From: an uncultured Acidobacteriota bacterium
GTDB lineage: Bacteria; Acidobacteriota; Terriglobia; Acidiferrales; UBA7541
Assembly: GCA_963711325.1 (NCBI GenBank)
Contig: CAVQDR010000004.1
Location: forward strand, 762,124-826,123
Length of the DNA: 64,000 bases
Reading direction: 5' to 3'
Below the pieces are notes generated by a model. That model had not been told where the DNA came from, searched no databases, and saw only the letters and a program-made list of their open reading frames with translations. A program made the translations under genes and the position numbers. Positions 1 through 10,719 of this stretch are shown here, in pieces. How positions within the stretch are numbered: the stretch's first letter is position 1; every line of letters starts with the position of its first letter.

Positions 1-269
1 GGCGGTCAGGTGTAGCTCCCGAACACCAGTACCAGCGGCTTTCGCCCCACTCGATCGCTCAAATGAAAAGTTGTCTGCCCGTCCAGCTCCAGCAGTTTCA
101 CGTTCGGCGCCGTATCGCCGACCTTCAGATTCCCGTCGCGCCACTGCGGTAGTGCGTAGCGCAGAAAACCATACACGTCGCGCGGCCCGCCCATCATGTA
201 GCTCAGAGCTCCGTAGCCGCACAGCAACACCGCCACCAGAATGATCCCTGTCCATTTCCACCACTTCAC
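1..269 (-). CDS. Thioredoxin-fold (redoxin/TlpA- or deiodinase-like) membrane-anchored protein, C-terminal part cut by window edge
   Basis: ORF 6..269 runs off the left edge. N-terminal TM anchor (WKWTGIILVAVLLCGYGAL), then GDTAPNVKLLELDG...KPLVLVFGSYT, the strand that normally precedes the redox-active Cys motif in redoxins. Confidence 0.6.
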
Positions 270-491
270 CGAAACACCATCCTTCCCCGGAACCTTGGCA
301 CGATAGCCTTGGCTGCATCGCCAGTCAACGCCCCTCCCCTGCTCTCTTGCGCTGGATCAATTTCCTCGAGGACCGACATGCGCGTCAGGCGGCAGCGCTC
401 GCTGTCGGTTTTATATTTTTTCGATGTTTGATGAAGCCCTGCGCCCACTCGCGGTTTTGATACAATTCCAATTACTCAAGGGTGGTGGGTT

Positions 492-3400
492 TTGTCAGAT
501 TGCAGCGGCCAGGCGGGTCGCGGTAAAGATTCTTGGGACCTGGTTTCGTCGCGGCGCTCACGGCGTTTTGCGCTCTGTCTACTTCTTTCTGCGTTCATCC
601 TGGCAGTTGCCATCGCCCCGCTTCTAGCCCAGCGCTTCAATTCCTTTTCGCGCAAATCCGCTACGCCGCAACCGGCTGAACTGATCCGCAAGCGCGCCGC
701 ATGGTTCTTCCGCCCCCGCGCCACCCAAAACGGACACATTCCCGGCCAGCTGCTGCTAAACGCCTTCGCTCAAAATCGCAAAATGACGCAAGAGCGCGGC
801 ACGTTTCTAGCCGCTCGTCTCTCATCCGCCGCCATCGCATCGCAGTTAAGTGTTTGGACGCCCCTCGGCCCTCAGCCCACCGCCTCCACTGAATTCTACG
901 GAAATGTTTCAGGGCGCGTCACCGCTCTCGCCGCCGACTCCTGCGACGCAACCGGCAACACCGTTTACGCCGGCGCAGCCGAAGGCGGCGTTTGGGTCAG
1001 CTTCAACGCCTTGACCGGAAACCCAGTCACTTGGCAGCCGCTCACCGATAGCCAGCCGTCCCTCGCCACCGGCGCCATCGCCATCAATCCCGCTTCCTGC
1101 GGCACGTTCAACGGCCACGATCAGAGCAATTTGATTCTCGTCGGCACCGGCGAATCCAACTTCGCCCAAGACAATATTTATGGCGCCGGAGTCTTGCGTT
1201 CGACTGACGGCGGCCAGACTTGGACTCAAGATTCAACCTTCACCGCCGCCGCTTCGCAAAGCGCTGTGGCGTCCGGCCCGTACATCGCCGCTCTCGCCGT
1301 TCAGCCCAACGCCGCCAGCCCCATCATTCTCGCTGCAGTGCAGGGAACTGACTTTTCCGCTGCGGGCGCGCTGCACTCCGGCGTCTACAGTTCTTCCGAC
1401 GGCGGCGACCATTGGACCCGCGTGCAGCCCGGCAGTTCCTCGCCGAACAGCGCTCCCTTCAATCCCGCGACCGATGTCGTTTTTGACTCGAGCGATCCCG
1501 CCGGGAAAATCGCCTATGCTGCGCTTGGCGATCCCGCGGGCGATACGGATCCGAAAGCGTCCTGCCCAAGCGCGCCCTGTAATGGCGTCTACATTTCCAA
1601 TAGCGCCGGCCATACCTGGAAGCGAATCTCCGGCATCGACGCCGCGTCTACTCCAACTTCCTTCGGTCGGATTTCCCTGGCACTCGCCCCCGGAGCATCG
1701 CCTTCTGCCTCTGAACTCTACGTTGCCGTCGCCGATGCCACGACCGAATCAGAGAAGTTGCTCACCGTGCTTTCCGGCTCGAGCATCGCGCCCAACGGCA
1801 CCAGCCCCGCTTTCAGGTCGATCTATCCCGCATCCAATCTTCCCGATTTCTGCGAGCCGCTCTGCTATTACTCGATGAAACTCGCCACCGTCCCCGACAC
1901 CTCCGGCTCGGTCGTCTTCGCTGGAGGCTCCGCCCAGCCGCACTTCACCGGCGCCGCCTACGGCATGGCTTCCGTCTACCGTTCGTCTGACGGTGGCGCC
2001 ACCTGGCAGGACTTCAGCTCCGATGGCAGCGGCAATAACACTTTCACGCACGTCGACGTTCACGCCTTCGCCTTTGCCCTCGGCTCCAGCTCGCAAGTTC
2101 TCGGCATGTTCGACGCTAACGACGGCGGCGTCTGGGCCTCCTTCGACGTTTTCAATCCCGCCACCACGACAGGCAATCAGCACTGGGCCGATCTCAACAC
2201 CATCACCGGCAGCGCCGACACTTCGCTGAACATCACCCAGTTTTATCCCGGCGTCGCGCTTCACCCCACCACTGATCAAATTATTTACGGTGGCACCCAA
2301 GGCAACGACGTTCAGGAATTCAGCGGCTCGCTTTCCTGGTCCGGCGCCGAAGCTTGCCCCTACGATGGCGGCTACACCGCCGTCGACCAGCAAGTTCCCA
2401 GCACCGTCTATGCGGCCTGCGCTTACCTCGGCGGTCCCGGCACCCTAAATAAAAATACTCAGAACGGCGTCCCTGGTAACGACGGCATCAATTGGGCCGC
2501 GATCGATTTCCAGAACGGAATCGACTTCTCCGACAACGCCGATTTCATCCCGCCCTTCGTCATCGATTTCGTCAACAGCCAGAATCTTTATTTCGGTACT
2601 TTTCGCCTCTATCAAACTCGCAACGCCGGCGGCACCTGGTCTGCGATCACCAGCGACCTCACCACCGACGGCAACACCAACTACATCACCACCATCGCCG
2701 TCTCCCCCAGCGATTCGAATACTCTCTACGCCGGCACCTCCGACGGCCTAATTTGGCAGACTTCGCAGGCCCTCACCGGCGCTTCCGATATTCACGACGT
2801 GAAACAACCCGCACAGCCAAGCCGCCAGGTTTCTGCCATCGCTATCGATTCGCTCGTTCCCGCTTCCGCCTTCGTCGCCTATTCCGGATTTTCCTGTCCC
2901 GGCGTATCGGGCTGCGACGGTCTCGGTCATCTTTTCTTCACCAGCAATTCCGGCGCGGCCTGGATCAAAGTCGACGGCAACCTTCCCGACGTTCCAGTCA
3001 ATGACATCGCCATCGACCCTGAAGATGCGACCGATGCCACCGTTTACGTAGCCACCGATTCCGGCGTCTACGCCAGTGACAACGCCACCGCCGGCTCGTC
3101 CGCCTCCTGGTCCGTACTCCAAACCGGCCTGCCCAACGTGCAGGTCCTCTCGCTGAAACTCAACGCCGCTTCGCGCACCCTCGTCGCCGCCACCCACGGC
3201 CGCGGCGTTTGGAACATCAAGCTCCCCACCGTCTCCAAAACAATTTCGCTCACCTCGCTCAGCCCGGTTTCGGCCAATGCCGGCGACGCCGCTTTCCTGC
3301 TCACCGCCACCGGCAGCAATTTCACCGCGCAGTCGTCCATCAATTTCAACGGCAACCCACTCACTACCACTTTTGTGAACGCAACCACGCTCACCGCCAC

Positions 3401-4058
3401 CGTCCCCACCTCCTCCATTTCCTGCGCCGGCCCGCTCTTCGTCAGCGTCACCGATCCCGTCGAAGGCTCCACCAATCCTCTGCGCTTCACCGTCGGCGGC
3501 GGATGCGACTTTTCTTTTGGCCCGGTCACGCCCGCAACTCAGACCGTCACACCGGGAGCCGCTGCGACCTACAACTTGGTCCTCAATACCACCGGCACTA
3601 CCGCCAGCCCCGTCCAGTTGTCTTGTCCCACCGCATCCCCAGGTTTCACCTGCCAGTTCAGCGTCAATCCCGTCACGCCAGTTCAAGGCGGCGCCACCGT
3701 CATGATGACCGTCACCATCCCCTCGACCGCCGCATTGCCCGCGACCGCACCGCGAAAAGTCCTGCCGCCTGCGCACATCTCATCGTTCGCGCGATTCGCG
3801 ACTCTCGTCTTCACCACGCTTATCGCGTTTTTGCTCGCGTTGCAGCAGCTCGCGGCCACAAATAAAAAATTCGCGCGCTTCCGCCTTCGCGCCGCATTCT
3901 CCTTGGCTGCAATGATTTTGATTGTCGGCTTGCTGGCTGCCTGCGGCGGGGGAGGCGGCGGTGGGGGAACGAATCCGCCCCGCACCTACACCATCGCGAT
4001 CCAGGGCGTCTCCCAAACCTTCCAGCACTTGACCAACGCGCAGGTCGTGGTAGATTAA
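492..4058 (+). CDS. Large secreted BNR/sialidase-like (Sortilin/Ycf48-like) beta-propeller protein with IPT/TIG and Ig-like domains and a C-terminal TM hairpin
   Basis: 1188-aa ORF with TTG start. Signal-like RRSRRFALCLLLSAFILAVAIAPLLAQ. Repeated BNR/Asp-box motifs (STDGGQTWT, SSDGGDHWT, SSDGGATWQ). IPT/TIG-like segment (ISLTSLSPVSANAGDAAFLLTATGSNF...). C-terminus described in findings. Confidence 0.85.
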   Translation: MSDCSGQAGRGKDSWDLVSSRRSRRFALCLLLSAFILAVAIAPLLAQRFNSFSRKSATPQPAELIRKRAAWFFRPRATQNGHIPGQLLLNAFAQNRKMTQERGTFLAARLSSAAIASQLSVWTPLGPQPTASTEFYGNVSGRVTALAADSCDATGNTVYAGAAEGGVWVSFNALTGNPVTWQPLTDSQPSLATGAIAINPASCGTFNGHDQSNLILVGTGESNFAQDNIYGAGVLRSTDGGQTWTQDSTFTAAASQSAVASGPYIAALAVQPNAASPIILAAVQGTDFSAAGALHSGVYSSSDGGDHWTRVQPGSSSPNSAPFNPATDVVFDSSDPAGKIAYAALGDPAGDTDPKASCPSAPCNGVYISNSAGHTWKRISGIDAASTPTSFGRISLALAPGASPSASELYVAVADATTESEKLLTVLSGSSIAPNGTSPAFRSIYPASNLPDFCEPLCYYSMKLATVPDTSGSVVFAGGSAQPHFTGAAYGMASVYRSSDGGATWQDFSSDGSGNNTFTHVDVHAFAFALGSSSQVLGMFDANDGGVWASFDVFNPATTTGNQHWADLNTITGSADTSLNITQFYPGVALHPTTDQIIYGGTQGNDVQEFSGSLSWSGAEACPYDGGYTAVDQQVPSTVYAACAYLGGPGTLNKNTQNGVPGNDGINWAAIDFQNGIDFSDNADFIPPFVIDFVNSQNLYFGTFRLYQTRNAGGTWSAITSDLTTDGNTNYITTIAVSPSDSNTLYAGTSDGLIWQTSQALTGASDIHDVKQPAQPSRQVSAIAIDSLVPASAFVAYSGFSCPGVSGCDGLGHLFFTSNSGAAWIKVDGNLPDVPVNDIAIDPEDATDATVYVATDSGVYASDNATAGSSASWSVLQTGLPNVQVLSLKLNAASRTLVAATHGRGVWNIKLPTVSKTISLTSLSPVSANAGDAAFLLTATGSNFTAQSSINFNGNPLTTTFVNATTLTATVPTSSISCAGPLFVSVTDPVEGSTNPLRFTVGGGCDFSFGPVTPATQTVTPGAAATYNLVLNTTGTTASPVQLSCPTASPGFTCQFSVNPVTPVQGGATVMMTVTIPSTAALPATAPRKVLPPAHISSFARFATLVFTTLIAFLLALQQLAATNKKFARFRLRAAFSLAAMILIVGLLAACGGGGGGGGTNPPRTYTIAIQGVSQTFQHLTNAQVVVD

Positions 4059-4128
4059 GCCTGTTTAGGCGACCTGGCCTCGCACAGCCTCAACGGCACC
4101 AGATTTCAATCTTGGGAGGTACACCGCC

Positions 4129-4449
4129 ATGACCTGCCCTCAGTGCAATCGACCCGTTCCCGCAAAATCGCTTTGGACCAGCTCCGGACTTGCCGGCATC
4201 ACCTGCCCGGGGTGCGGCGCCAGCCTGGCGCCCAAACCTCTGACCGCCTTGCTCCTCTTCGTGCTCTCAATCGGCTTGGGAGATCTCGCGTTAACGCTGT
4301 TGCGTAGAAATGGGGCAGGATTACTGCTAGCCTTCGTGGGATTTTTCTTCGTAGCCGCGGCTGTCTTCGCGCTGGCCGCTCCGCTGATTCTACAGATGCG
4401 CCTGAAAGATCATGCCGCGCCCGGCTCGGGAGCCCATCACATCGCCTGA
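4129..4449 (+). CDS. Small zinc-ribbon membrane protein (hypothetical)
   Basis: GGGAGG RBS 11 nt upstream of the ATG. CPQC...CPGC zinc-ribbon pair followed by two hydrophobic helices. Confidence 0.6.
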   Translation: MTCPQCNRPVPAKSLWTSSGLAGITCPGCGASLAPKPLTALLLFVLSIGLGDLALTLLRRNGAGLLLAFVGFFFVAAAVFALAAPLILQMRLKDHAAPGSGAHHIA

Positions 4450-4469
4450 TTTGCCCGGCCTTTGAATTT

Positions 4470-4515
4470 CCGGGTGCCGCACTCTTTGCGTTTTGGTTCA
4501 CCGCAAAGGGTGCGG
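4470..4515. repeat. REP-like hairpin element, family A (copy 1), probable terminator between convergent genes
   Basis: ccgggtgccgcactctttgcg-loop-cgcaaagggtgcgg forms a 14-bp stem with 1 mismatch. A near-identical core is at 24621..24662. Both sit just after a stop codon. Confidence 0.7.
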
Positions 4516-4570
4516 GTTTAGATGCCACACCACATACTTCCGCGTCGCGCTCAACCGATAACCCGCAGCC

Positions 4571-7250
4571 TTAAACCATCTGCCGCAACACGTAATGCAA
4601 AATTCCGCCGTTCTGGTAGTACGCCACTTCAAACGGCGTATCCACTCGCGCCAGAACCGTAAACTCCTTCACCTTGCCCTGCGCGTCTTTCGCTCTCACC
4701 TTCATCTTCTTGCGCGGTTCAAAATTCTCCGCCAGCCCGTCTATCTCGAATATCTCGTGCCCGGTCAATCCCAGCGACGCCGGTGTCTCTCCCGCCAAAA
4801 ATTCCAGCGGCAGCACTCCCATCCCCACCAGATTGCTCCGGTGAATCCGCTCGAAACTTTCCGCCAGCACCGCGCGCACGCCCAGCAGGATGGTTCCCTT
4901 CGCCGCCCAGTCTCGCGATGATCCCGACCCATACTCTTTGCCCGCCAGAATAATCAGCGGCACCTGCTCGTCGCGATACTTCATCGCCGCGTCGTAAATC
5001 GACATCTTCTCGCCCGACGGCTGGTGAATTGCCCACCCGCCTTCGGTCCCCGGAGCCAGTAAATTCCGCAGCCGAATATTCGCAAACGTCCCGCGCATCA
5101 TCACTTCATGATTTCCGCGCCGCGCCCCGTAGGAATTGAAATCCTTCGGCTGCACACCATTCGCAATCAGATATTTTCCCGCCGGTGAATCCGCCGGAAT
5201 CGTCCCCGCCGGAGAAATATGATCGGTCGTCACGCTGTCACCCAAAACCGCCAGCGCCCGCATCCCTTTCAGATCGCCCAGCGCCGAAGGTTTCAGCGCC
5301 ATGCCCTCGAAATACGGTGGGTTCTTGATGTACGTAGATTTTCCGTCCCACGCGTACAAATCGCCTTCCGGAATCGGCAGGGCCTGCCAGTGCTGGTCGC
5401 CCGCAAATACATCCGCGTATTGGTTGCGGAACATTTCGCTCGAAACCGATGCCCGCATGGTCTTCTCGACTTCCTGCGGCGTCGGCCAAATTTCCCGCAG
5501 GTACACTGGCTTGCCCGCTTTGTCGTTCCCCAGCGATTCGTTCACGATGTCGATGTCCATCCGCCCGGCCAGCGCATACGCCACCACCAGCGGCGGCGAC
5601 GCCAGATAATTCGCTCGGCACAGCGGATTGATCCGTCCTTCAAAATTCCGGTTTCCGCTCAAAACCGAAACCGCCACCAAATTATTTTCCTTGATCGCTT
5701 TCCCAATCGCTTCCGGCAAGGGTCCGCTGTTGCCGATGCAGGTCGTGCATCCGTAACCCACCAGATTGAACCGCAGCGAATTCAGATACGGCCACAGTCC
5801 CGCCTTCTCGATGTAATCCGTCACCACCTTCGATCCCGGCGCGAAACTCGTCTTCACCCACGGCTTCGTATTCAATCCGCGTTCCACCGCTTTTTTCGCC
5901 AGCAGCCCCGCGCCCAGCATCAGCGATGGATTCGAAGTATTCGTGCAGCTTGTAATCGCCGCAATTACCACTGACCCGTCCGCCAGCTCGTAACTCGATC
6001 CGTTGTTCTGCATCTTCACGTGCTTCGGCGTCTCGGTCAGCGTTTTCTCAAACGAAGCCTTGGCCATCGTCAGCGGCACGCTGTCCTGCGGACGCTTCGG
6101 CCCCGCCATGGTCGGCACCACGCTGCCCAAATCCAGCGAAAGCGTATCCGAAAAAACTGGATCCGGAGTGTGGTCCGTGCGGAATAATCCTTGCTCTTTC
6201 GAATACGCTTCCACCAGCTTGACCTGCTCTTCGTTTCGCGCCGTGAATCGCAGATACGCCAGCGTCTCGCGGTCCACCGGGAAAAATCCCATCGTCGCCC
6301 CATACTCCGGAGCCATATTCGCAATCGTGGCCCGGTCCGGCAGCGACAAGCTCGAAAGCCCTGTCCCGTAGAACTCCACGAATTTTCCGACCACGCCCTT
6401 CTTGCGCAGCATGTGCGTCACGGTCAGCACCAGGTCCGTCGCCGTCGCGCCTTCCGGCAGCGCGCCGTACAACTTGAACCCGACCACCGCCGGAATCAGC
6501 ATCGAGAGCGGCTGCCCCAACATCGCCGCTTCCGCTTCAATTCCGCCCACGCCCCATCCGAAAACGCCGAGCCCATTCACCATCGTCGTGTGCGAATCGG
6601 TCCCCACCAACGAATCGGGAAAAGCCGCCCACACTCCGTCCTTCTTCGCGCTGAATACCACCCTCGCCAGATATTCCAGGTTCACTTGGTGGCAAATTCC
6701 GGTATCCGGCGGCACCACTTTGAAATTGTCGAAGCCTTTCTGTCCCCAACGCAAAAATCCGTACCGCTCGATGTTGCGCTCCATTTCCAGGTCGGCATTA
6801 ATGCTGAAGGAATCCGCGGTTCCAAATTTATCCACTTGCACCGAATGGTCGATTACCAATTCCGCCGGCAGCAGCGGATTAATTTTCTTCGGATCTCCGC
6901 CCAGCGCCCGCATCGCATCGCGCATCGCCGCCAGATCCACCACCGCCGGCACGCCCGTAAAATCCTGCAGCAGCACCCGCGCCGGCATGAACGATATTTC
7001 TTTCTCGCTCGCCCCGCCTGCGCGCGGTCGGATCCCAACCCGCTAGCGCCTTGATATCTTCCGCAAACACAAATCGCCCGTCTTCGTGGCGCAGCAAATT
7101 TTCCAGCAGCACTTTCAAGGAGAAGGGAAGTCGCGCGACGTTACCAATCCCGGCCTTTTCCAGCTCAGTCAGGCGATAAATCTCGAACGAATCGGCGCCG
7201 GATTTTAATGTCGTCTTGGTTGCGAAAGAATTCTTCGATGCGGGGCTCAT
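4571..7250 (-). CDS. acnA: Aconitate hydratase AcnA, reading frame interrupted by an apparent 1-nt frameshift near 7010-7030
   Basis: ORFs 6879..7250 and 4571..6988 lie in different frames and together give a full-length AcnA. N-term: [18 protein letters not shown]...[11 protein letters not shown]. It continues in the other frame as [29 protein letters not shown]. Fe-S ligand regions [10 protein letters not shown] and [11 protein letters not shown] are present. Confidence 0.93.
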
Positions 7251-7371
7251 GCCAGAGTTAATCCTCCCGAGCAGCCTTCTATTTTAGCGCAGTACTACGC
7301 CTGCGCTCTCGCGTTTTCACGGCCAATTGCGGCCCGCGTGCACAAAAATAATCGTCTTCCGAGGGATCGCG

Positions 7372-7701
7372 CTAGTGCTCGTGCTTGGGTGGGACGTAGC
7401 TGTCCGGCAATTTTGCGCCGTCGCCAAAAAAATAATTGTTCAGCTGTTCTTCCATGATCTGCTGCGCTTTGGGGTCCAGCGGGTTCAGCCGGAACTCATT
7501 CATCACCATCTTGGAATGTTCCACCCACAGCTTCCACGCTTCCTTCGATACGTTGTCGTAAACCTTCTTCCCCACTTCGCCTTTCCAGGGGATCCGATCC
7601 AGGCCGGGCATCTCGCGGCCGAATTTCACGCATTTCACCATGCGCACCGCCGGAGCCTGCGCTGTCGCTCCCGCGTTTCCTGCATTCTTATCGTCGGCCA
7701 T
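7372..7701 (-). CDS. yggX: Fe(2+)-trafficking / oxidative-damage protection protein YggX
   Basis: 109 aa. Core VKCVKFGREMPGLDRIPWKGEVGKKVYDNVSKEAWKLWVEHSKMVMNEFRLNP aligns by eye with E. coli YggX ([51 protein letters not shown]). Confidence 0.88.
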   Translation of the reverse strand: MADDKNAGNAGATAQAPAVRMVKCVKFGREMPGLDRIPWKGEVGKKVYDNVSKEAWKLWVEHSKMVMNEFRLNPLDPKAQQIMEEQLNNYFFGDGAKLPDSYVPPKHEH

Positions 7702-7927
7702 CCAGGTCTCCTCTCAATCTCTTCTCCATTTTAAGATACTGCAACCAAGCCCTAATTTCCAGTTGGCCGCCGCCGCAAAACGCCTTTCCTCGGCTCAATC
7801 CAGCTTCACCCCGGCGTCCTCTCCTGTTCACTCGGGATTCTTTATATTTATGATAGTCTCTTGCAGTAGCCCGAAAGTTTTAATAAAACATACCTAGCCC
7901 TTACCGGCCTGATTACGGAGATTCACC

Positions 7928-9470
7928 ATGAGCGCAGAAGTATCTTCACCCGCCGCCGCCCCCCAAACGGGACCTTACTTCTGCGAAATGCCCTCCGACC
8001 CCTGCGCCATCATTATGTTTGGCGCCTCCGGCGACCTCGCCCGCCGCAAACTCATGCCGGCCCTGTATGATCTGGCTTTCCACTCCTGCCTGGCCCCCAG
8101 TTTTCGTTTGCTCGGTTTTGCCCGCACCAAAATGAGCGATGAAGATTTCCGCAAGAGCGCCGGCGAAGATCTTCCCAAAGGCGACCAGGAAGGCGCAGAC
8201 GAAGGCCGCAAATCTGAATTCCTCAAAGCCCTGCAATATTTCAGCGGCAATTACGACGATCCCGAAGCCTTCCGAAAACTGGCCAAGCGCCTCGATGAAC
8301 TCGATACGGAAGGCAACCTCGGCGGCAACCGTCTCTTCTATCTGGCCACGCCTCCCGAAGTCTATCCTCACGTCATCGAGCAGCTGAAAAAGGCCAATCT
8401 CACCAAGCCCAAGAACGAAAAATCCTGGACCCGCATCATCATCGAAAAGCCTTTCGGCCGCGATCTCGCCTCCGCCCGCGAGCTGAATAAAACCGTTCTC
8501 GACTGCCTTCGACGAATCGCAGGTCTACCGCATCGATCATTACCTCGGCAAAGAGACCGTCCAGAACATGCTCGTCTTTCGCTTCGGCAATGGAATCTTC
8601 GAGCCACTCTGGAATCGCAATTACATCGACAGCGTTCAGATCACTGCCGCCGAATCCCTCGGCGTTGAACGCCGCGCTGCCTTCTACGAAACTGCCGGAG
8701 CCATGCGCGACATGATTCAGAGCCACGTGTTGCAACTCACCTCGCTCGTCGCCATGGAAGCTCCCGCCCGCTTCGACGCCACCTCCGTGCGCAACGAAAA
8801 AATCAAAGTCCTCCAGTCCATGCGCCCATTCACCACGGAATCCGTGTGGAAGGATGTGGTCCGCGGCCAGTACGGCCCAGGCCAGATCAACGGCAAAAAC
8901 GTCCCGGGCTACCGCCAGGAACCTGGAGTAAAGCCCGACTCTTCCACTGATACTTTCGCCGCCCTGAAACTTCACGTCGACAATTGGCGCTGGAACGGCG
9001 TTCCGTTCTACCTGCGCTCCGGCAAACGTCTCGCCCACCCGCACACCGAAGTCGCCATCCTCTTCAAACGCGCTCCGCACATGGTTTTCCGCGGCGAAAA
9101 TTCCGAGACCAATTCGCTCGTCCTGAATATTCAGCCCGATGAAGGTATCTCGCTTTCCTTCGGCGCTAAAACTCCCGGCGCGCAAATGCACATTCGCCCA
9201 GTCACCATGGACTTCGAATACAAAAATACTTTCGGCGGCAGCACCCGCCCGGCCTACGCCACGTTGATCAACGATTGCATCCGGGGTGACGCCACTTTGT
9301 TCGACCGCGCGGACAGCGTCGAAGCTGCCTGGGCCTTGGTCGACCCGATTCTCAAAGCTTGGGAGTCTGCTTCGGCTCCGCCGTTCCCGAATTATCCGGC
9401 GGGAAGCTCCGGCCCGCGCGCCGCGGACGATTTGACCGCTTCCGACGGCCGCCAATGGCGCCCGCTCTAA
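7928..9470 (+). CDS. zwf: Glucose-6-phosphate dehydrogenase Zwf, interrupted by an apparent frameshift at ~8510
   Basis: ORF 7928..8668 carries IIMFGASGDLARRKLMPALY and EKPFGRDL. The signature DESQVYRIDHYLGKETVQNMLVFRFGN continues in the next frame (ORF 8568..9470). One extra nt lies at ctt-c-gac (8507-8512). Confidence 0.93.
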
Positions 9471-9693
9471 AAATTTCAGGTTCAGAACGCGCTTTCGCCG
9501 AACGGAGCATCGAACGCACCCGAACGTCGATCGGTTCAACTGACAAATAGTGTTAAGCCGCACCCTTAAAATCAGGCGGAGACAGTTTGCGCAAAAATAT
9601 TTCTCGAACGCTTAATGCGACCAAGATGTCGTCTCGGCGTCGCGCCACACCCTATGAACTTTCGGCGCGCCACCACTGCTCTCGGAGGATTCA

Positions 9694-10656
9694 ATGATTC
9701 TGGCTGGTGATCTCGGCGGGACCAAGGCCAACCTGGGTCTCTTCGACGTTAAAGCAGGGAAGCTCGTTCGCGTCGCCGATAAGCGCTACGCCACCCGCGA
9801 CCACGCCGGACTCGAGGAAATCGCCAGCGATTTTCTGAATGGCTCCAAAGGCAAAGTCACCGCCGCTTCCTTCGGCGTCGCCGGACCCGTCGTCGATAAT
9901 CGCGTGCAGGCTACCAATTTTCCCTGGCTCATCGATGGCTCCAGCGTCGCCAAACACCTTCACCTGAATCGCGTCCACCTTGTCAATGACGTCGAAGCCG
10001 CCGCGTACGGCATCGGCGTGCTCGAACCGCGCGAACTCGAAGTGATTCACGCCGGCGTCGAAGCTCCGCAATCTACGCAGGTCGTCATCGCCGCCGGCAC
10101 CGGTCTCGGTGTGGGAATTTTATTTTGGGATGGCCAGCGCCACGCCCCCATGGCCACCGAAGCCGGCCACGCCGACTTCGCGCCCAATACCGAACAACAG
10201 GCCGAGCTCTGGAAATTTCTGAAGGCCCGCAACGAATTTGTCAGCGTCGAAATCATTTTGTCCGGCGGAGGCTTTCAGCGCCTTCACGAATTCTTGAATC
10301 CAACTCTCAGGCATCCCGGCTTCGATTCCGGTAGTCCTGATCCCGCGCCTGAAATTACTCGGATGGGCCTTTCCGGCGAATGTCCCACCTGCGCCGCCAC
10401 TCTCGATCTCTGGGTCGAAATCTACGGTTCCGAAGCCGGCAACATGGCCCTGCGCAGCGTGGCCCGCGGCGGTATTTACGTCGCCGGTGGCATCGCCGTA
10501 AAAGTTCTGCCCAAAATTCGCGGCGGAAAATTCACTGCGGCCGTCAAGCACAAGGAAAAACTGGAAGCGTTTCTCTCCGACATTCCTATTCGCGTGGTCT
10601 TGAACGAAGAATGTCCGCTGCTCGGCGCCGCCTTCGTCGCCTGGCAGAATCTCTAG
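9694..10656 (+). CDS. glk: Glucokinase
   Basis: GGAGG RBS. N-terminal ILAGDLGGTKANLGLF ATP-binding motif. 320 aa Glk-family length. Directly downstream of zwf. Confidence 0.85.
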   Translation: MILAGDLGGTKANLGLFDVKAGKLVRVADKRYATRDHAGLEEIASDFLNGSKGKVTAASFGVAGPVVDNRVQATNFPWLIDGSSVAKHLHLNRVHLVNDVEAAAYGIGVLEPRELEVIHAGVEAPQSTQVVIAAGTGLGVGILFWDGQRHAPMATEAGHADFAPNTEQQAELWKFLKARNEFVSVEIILSGGGFQRLHEFLNPTLRHPGFDSGSPDPAPEITRMGLSGECPTCAATLDLWVEIYGSEAGNMALRSVARGGIYVAGGIAVKVLPKIRGGKFTAAVKHKEKLEAFLSDIPIRVVLNEECPLLGAAFVAWQNL

Positions 10657-10719
10657 CCGCTTGACCGCGCACCGCGCCCGGCGCACCATTCAGCAGTTCG
10701 GTCGGTCCCTGCGAACCCA

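Noticed and set aside
266-448. 60-aa ORF upstream of the redoxin gene
   Set aside because: It sits in the 222-bp divergent promoter region between the redoxin and BNR genes. It has no RBS and no recognisable family, and its composition is unremarkable, so the evidence is insufficient.
7010-7030. Programmed ribosomal frameshifting in acnA, zwf, the kinase or M48
   Set aside because: There are no slippery heptamers, no stimulatory SD-like or pseudoknot context, and no precedent in these families. Similar indels occur in several unrelated genes. Sequencing indels or ordinary mutations are far more likely.
7702-7927. Sigma-70 promoters in the yggX/zwf divergent region (AT-rich tttatatttatgatag and ttgcag...taataa)
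   Set aside because: AT-rich hexamers are present, but spacing to any -35-like box is not convincing (14-15 nt). The acidobacterial promoter consensus is uncertain, so there is not enough to call.
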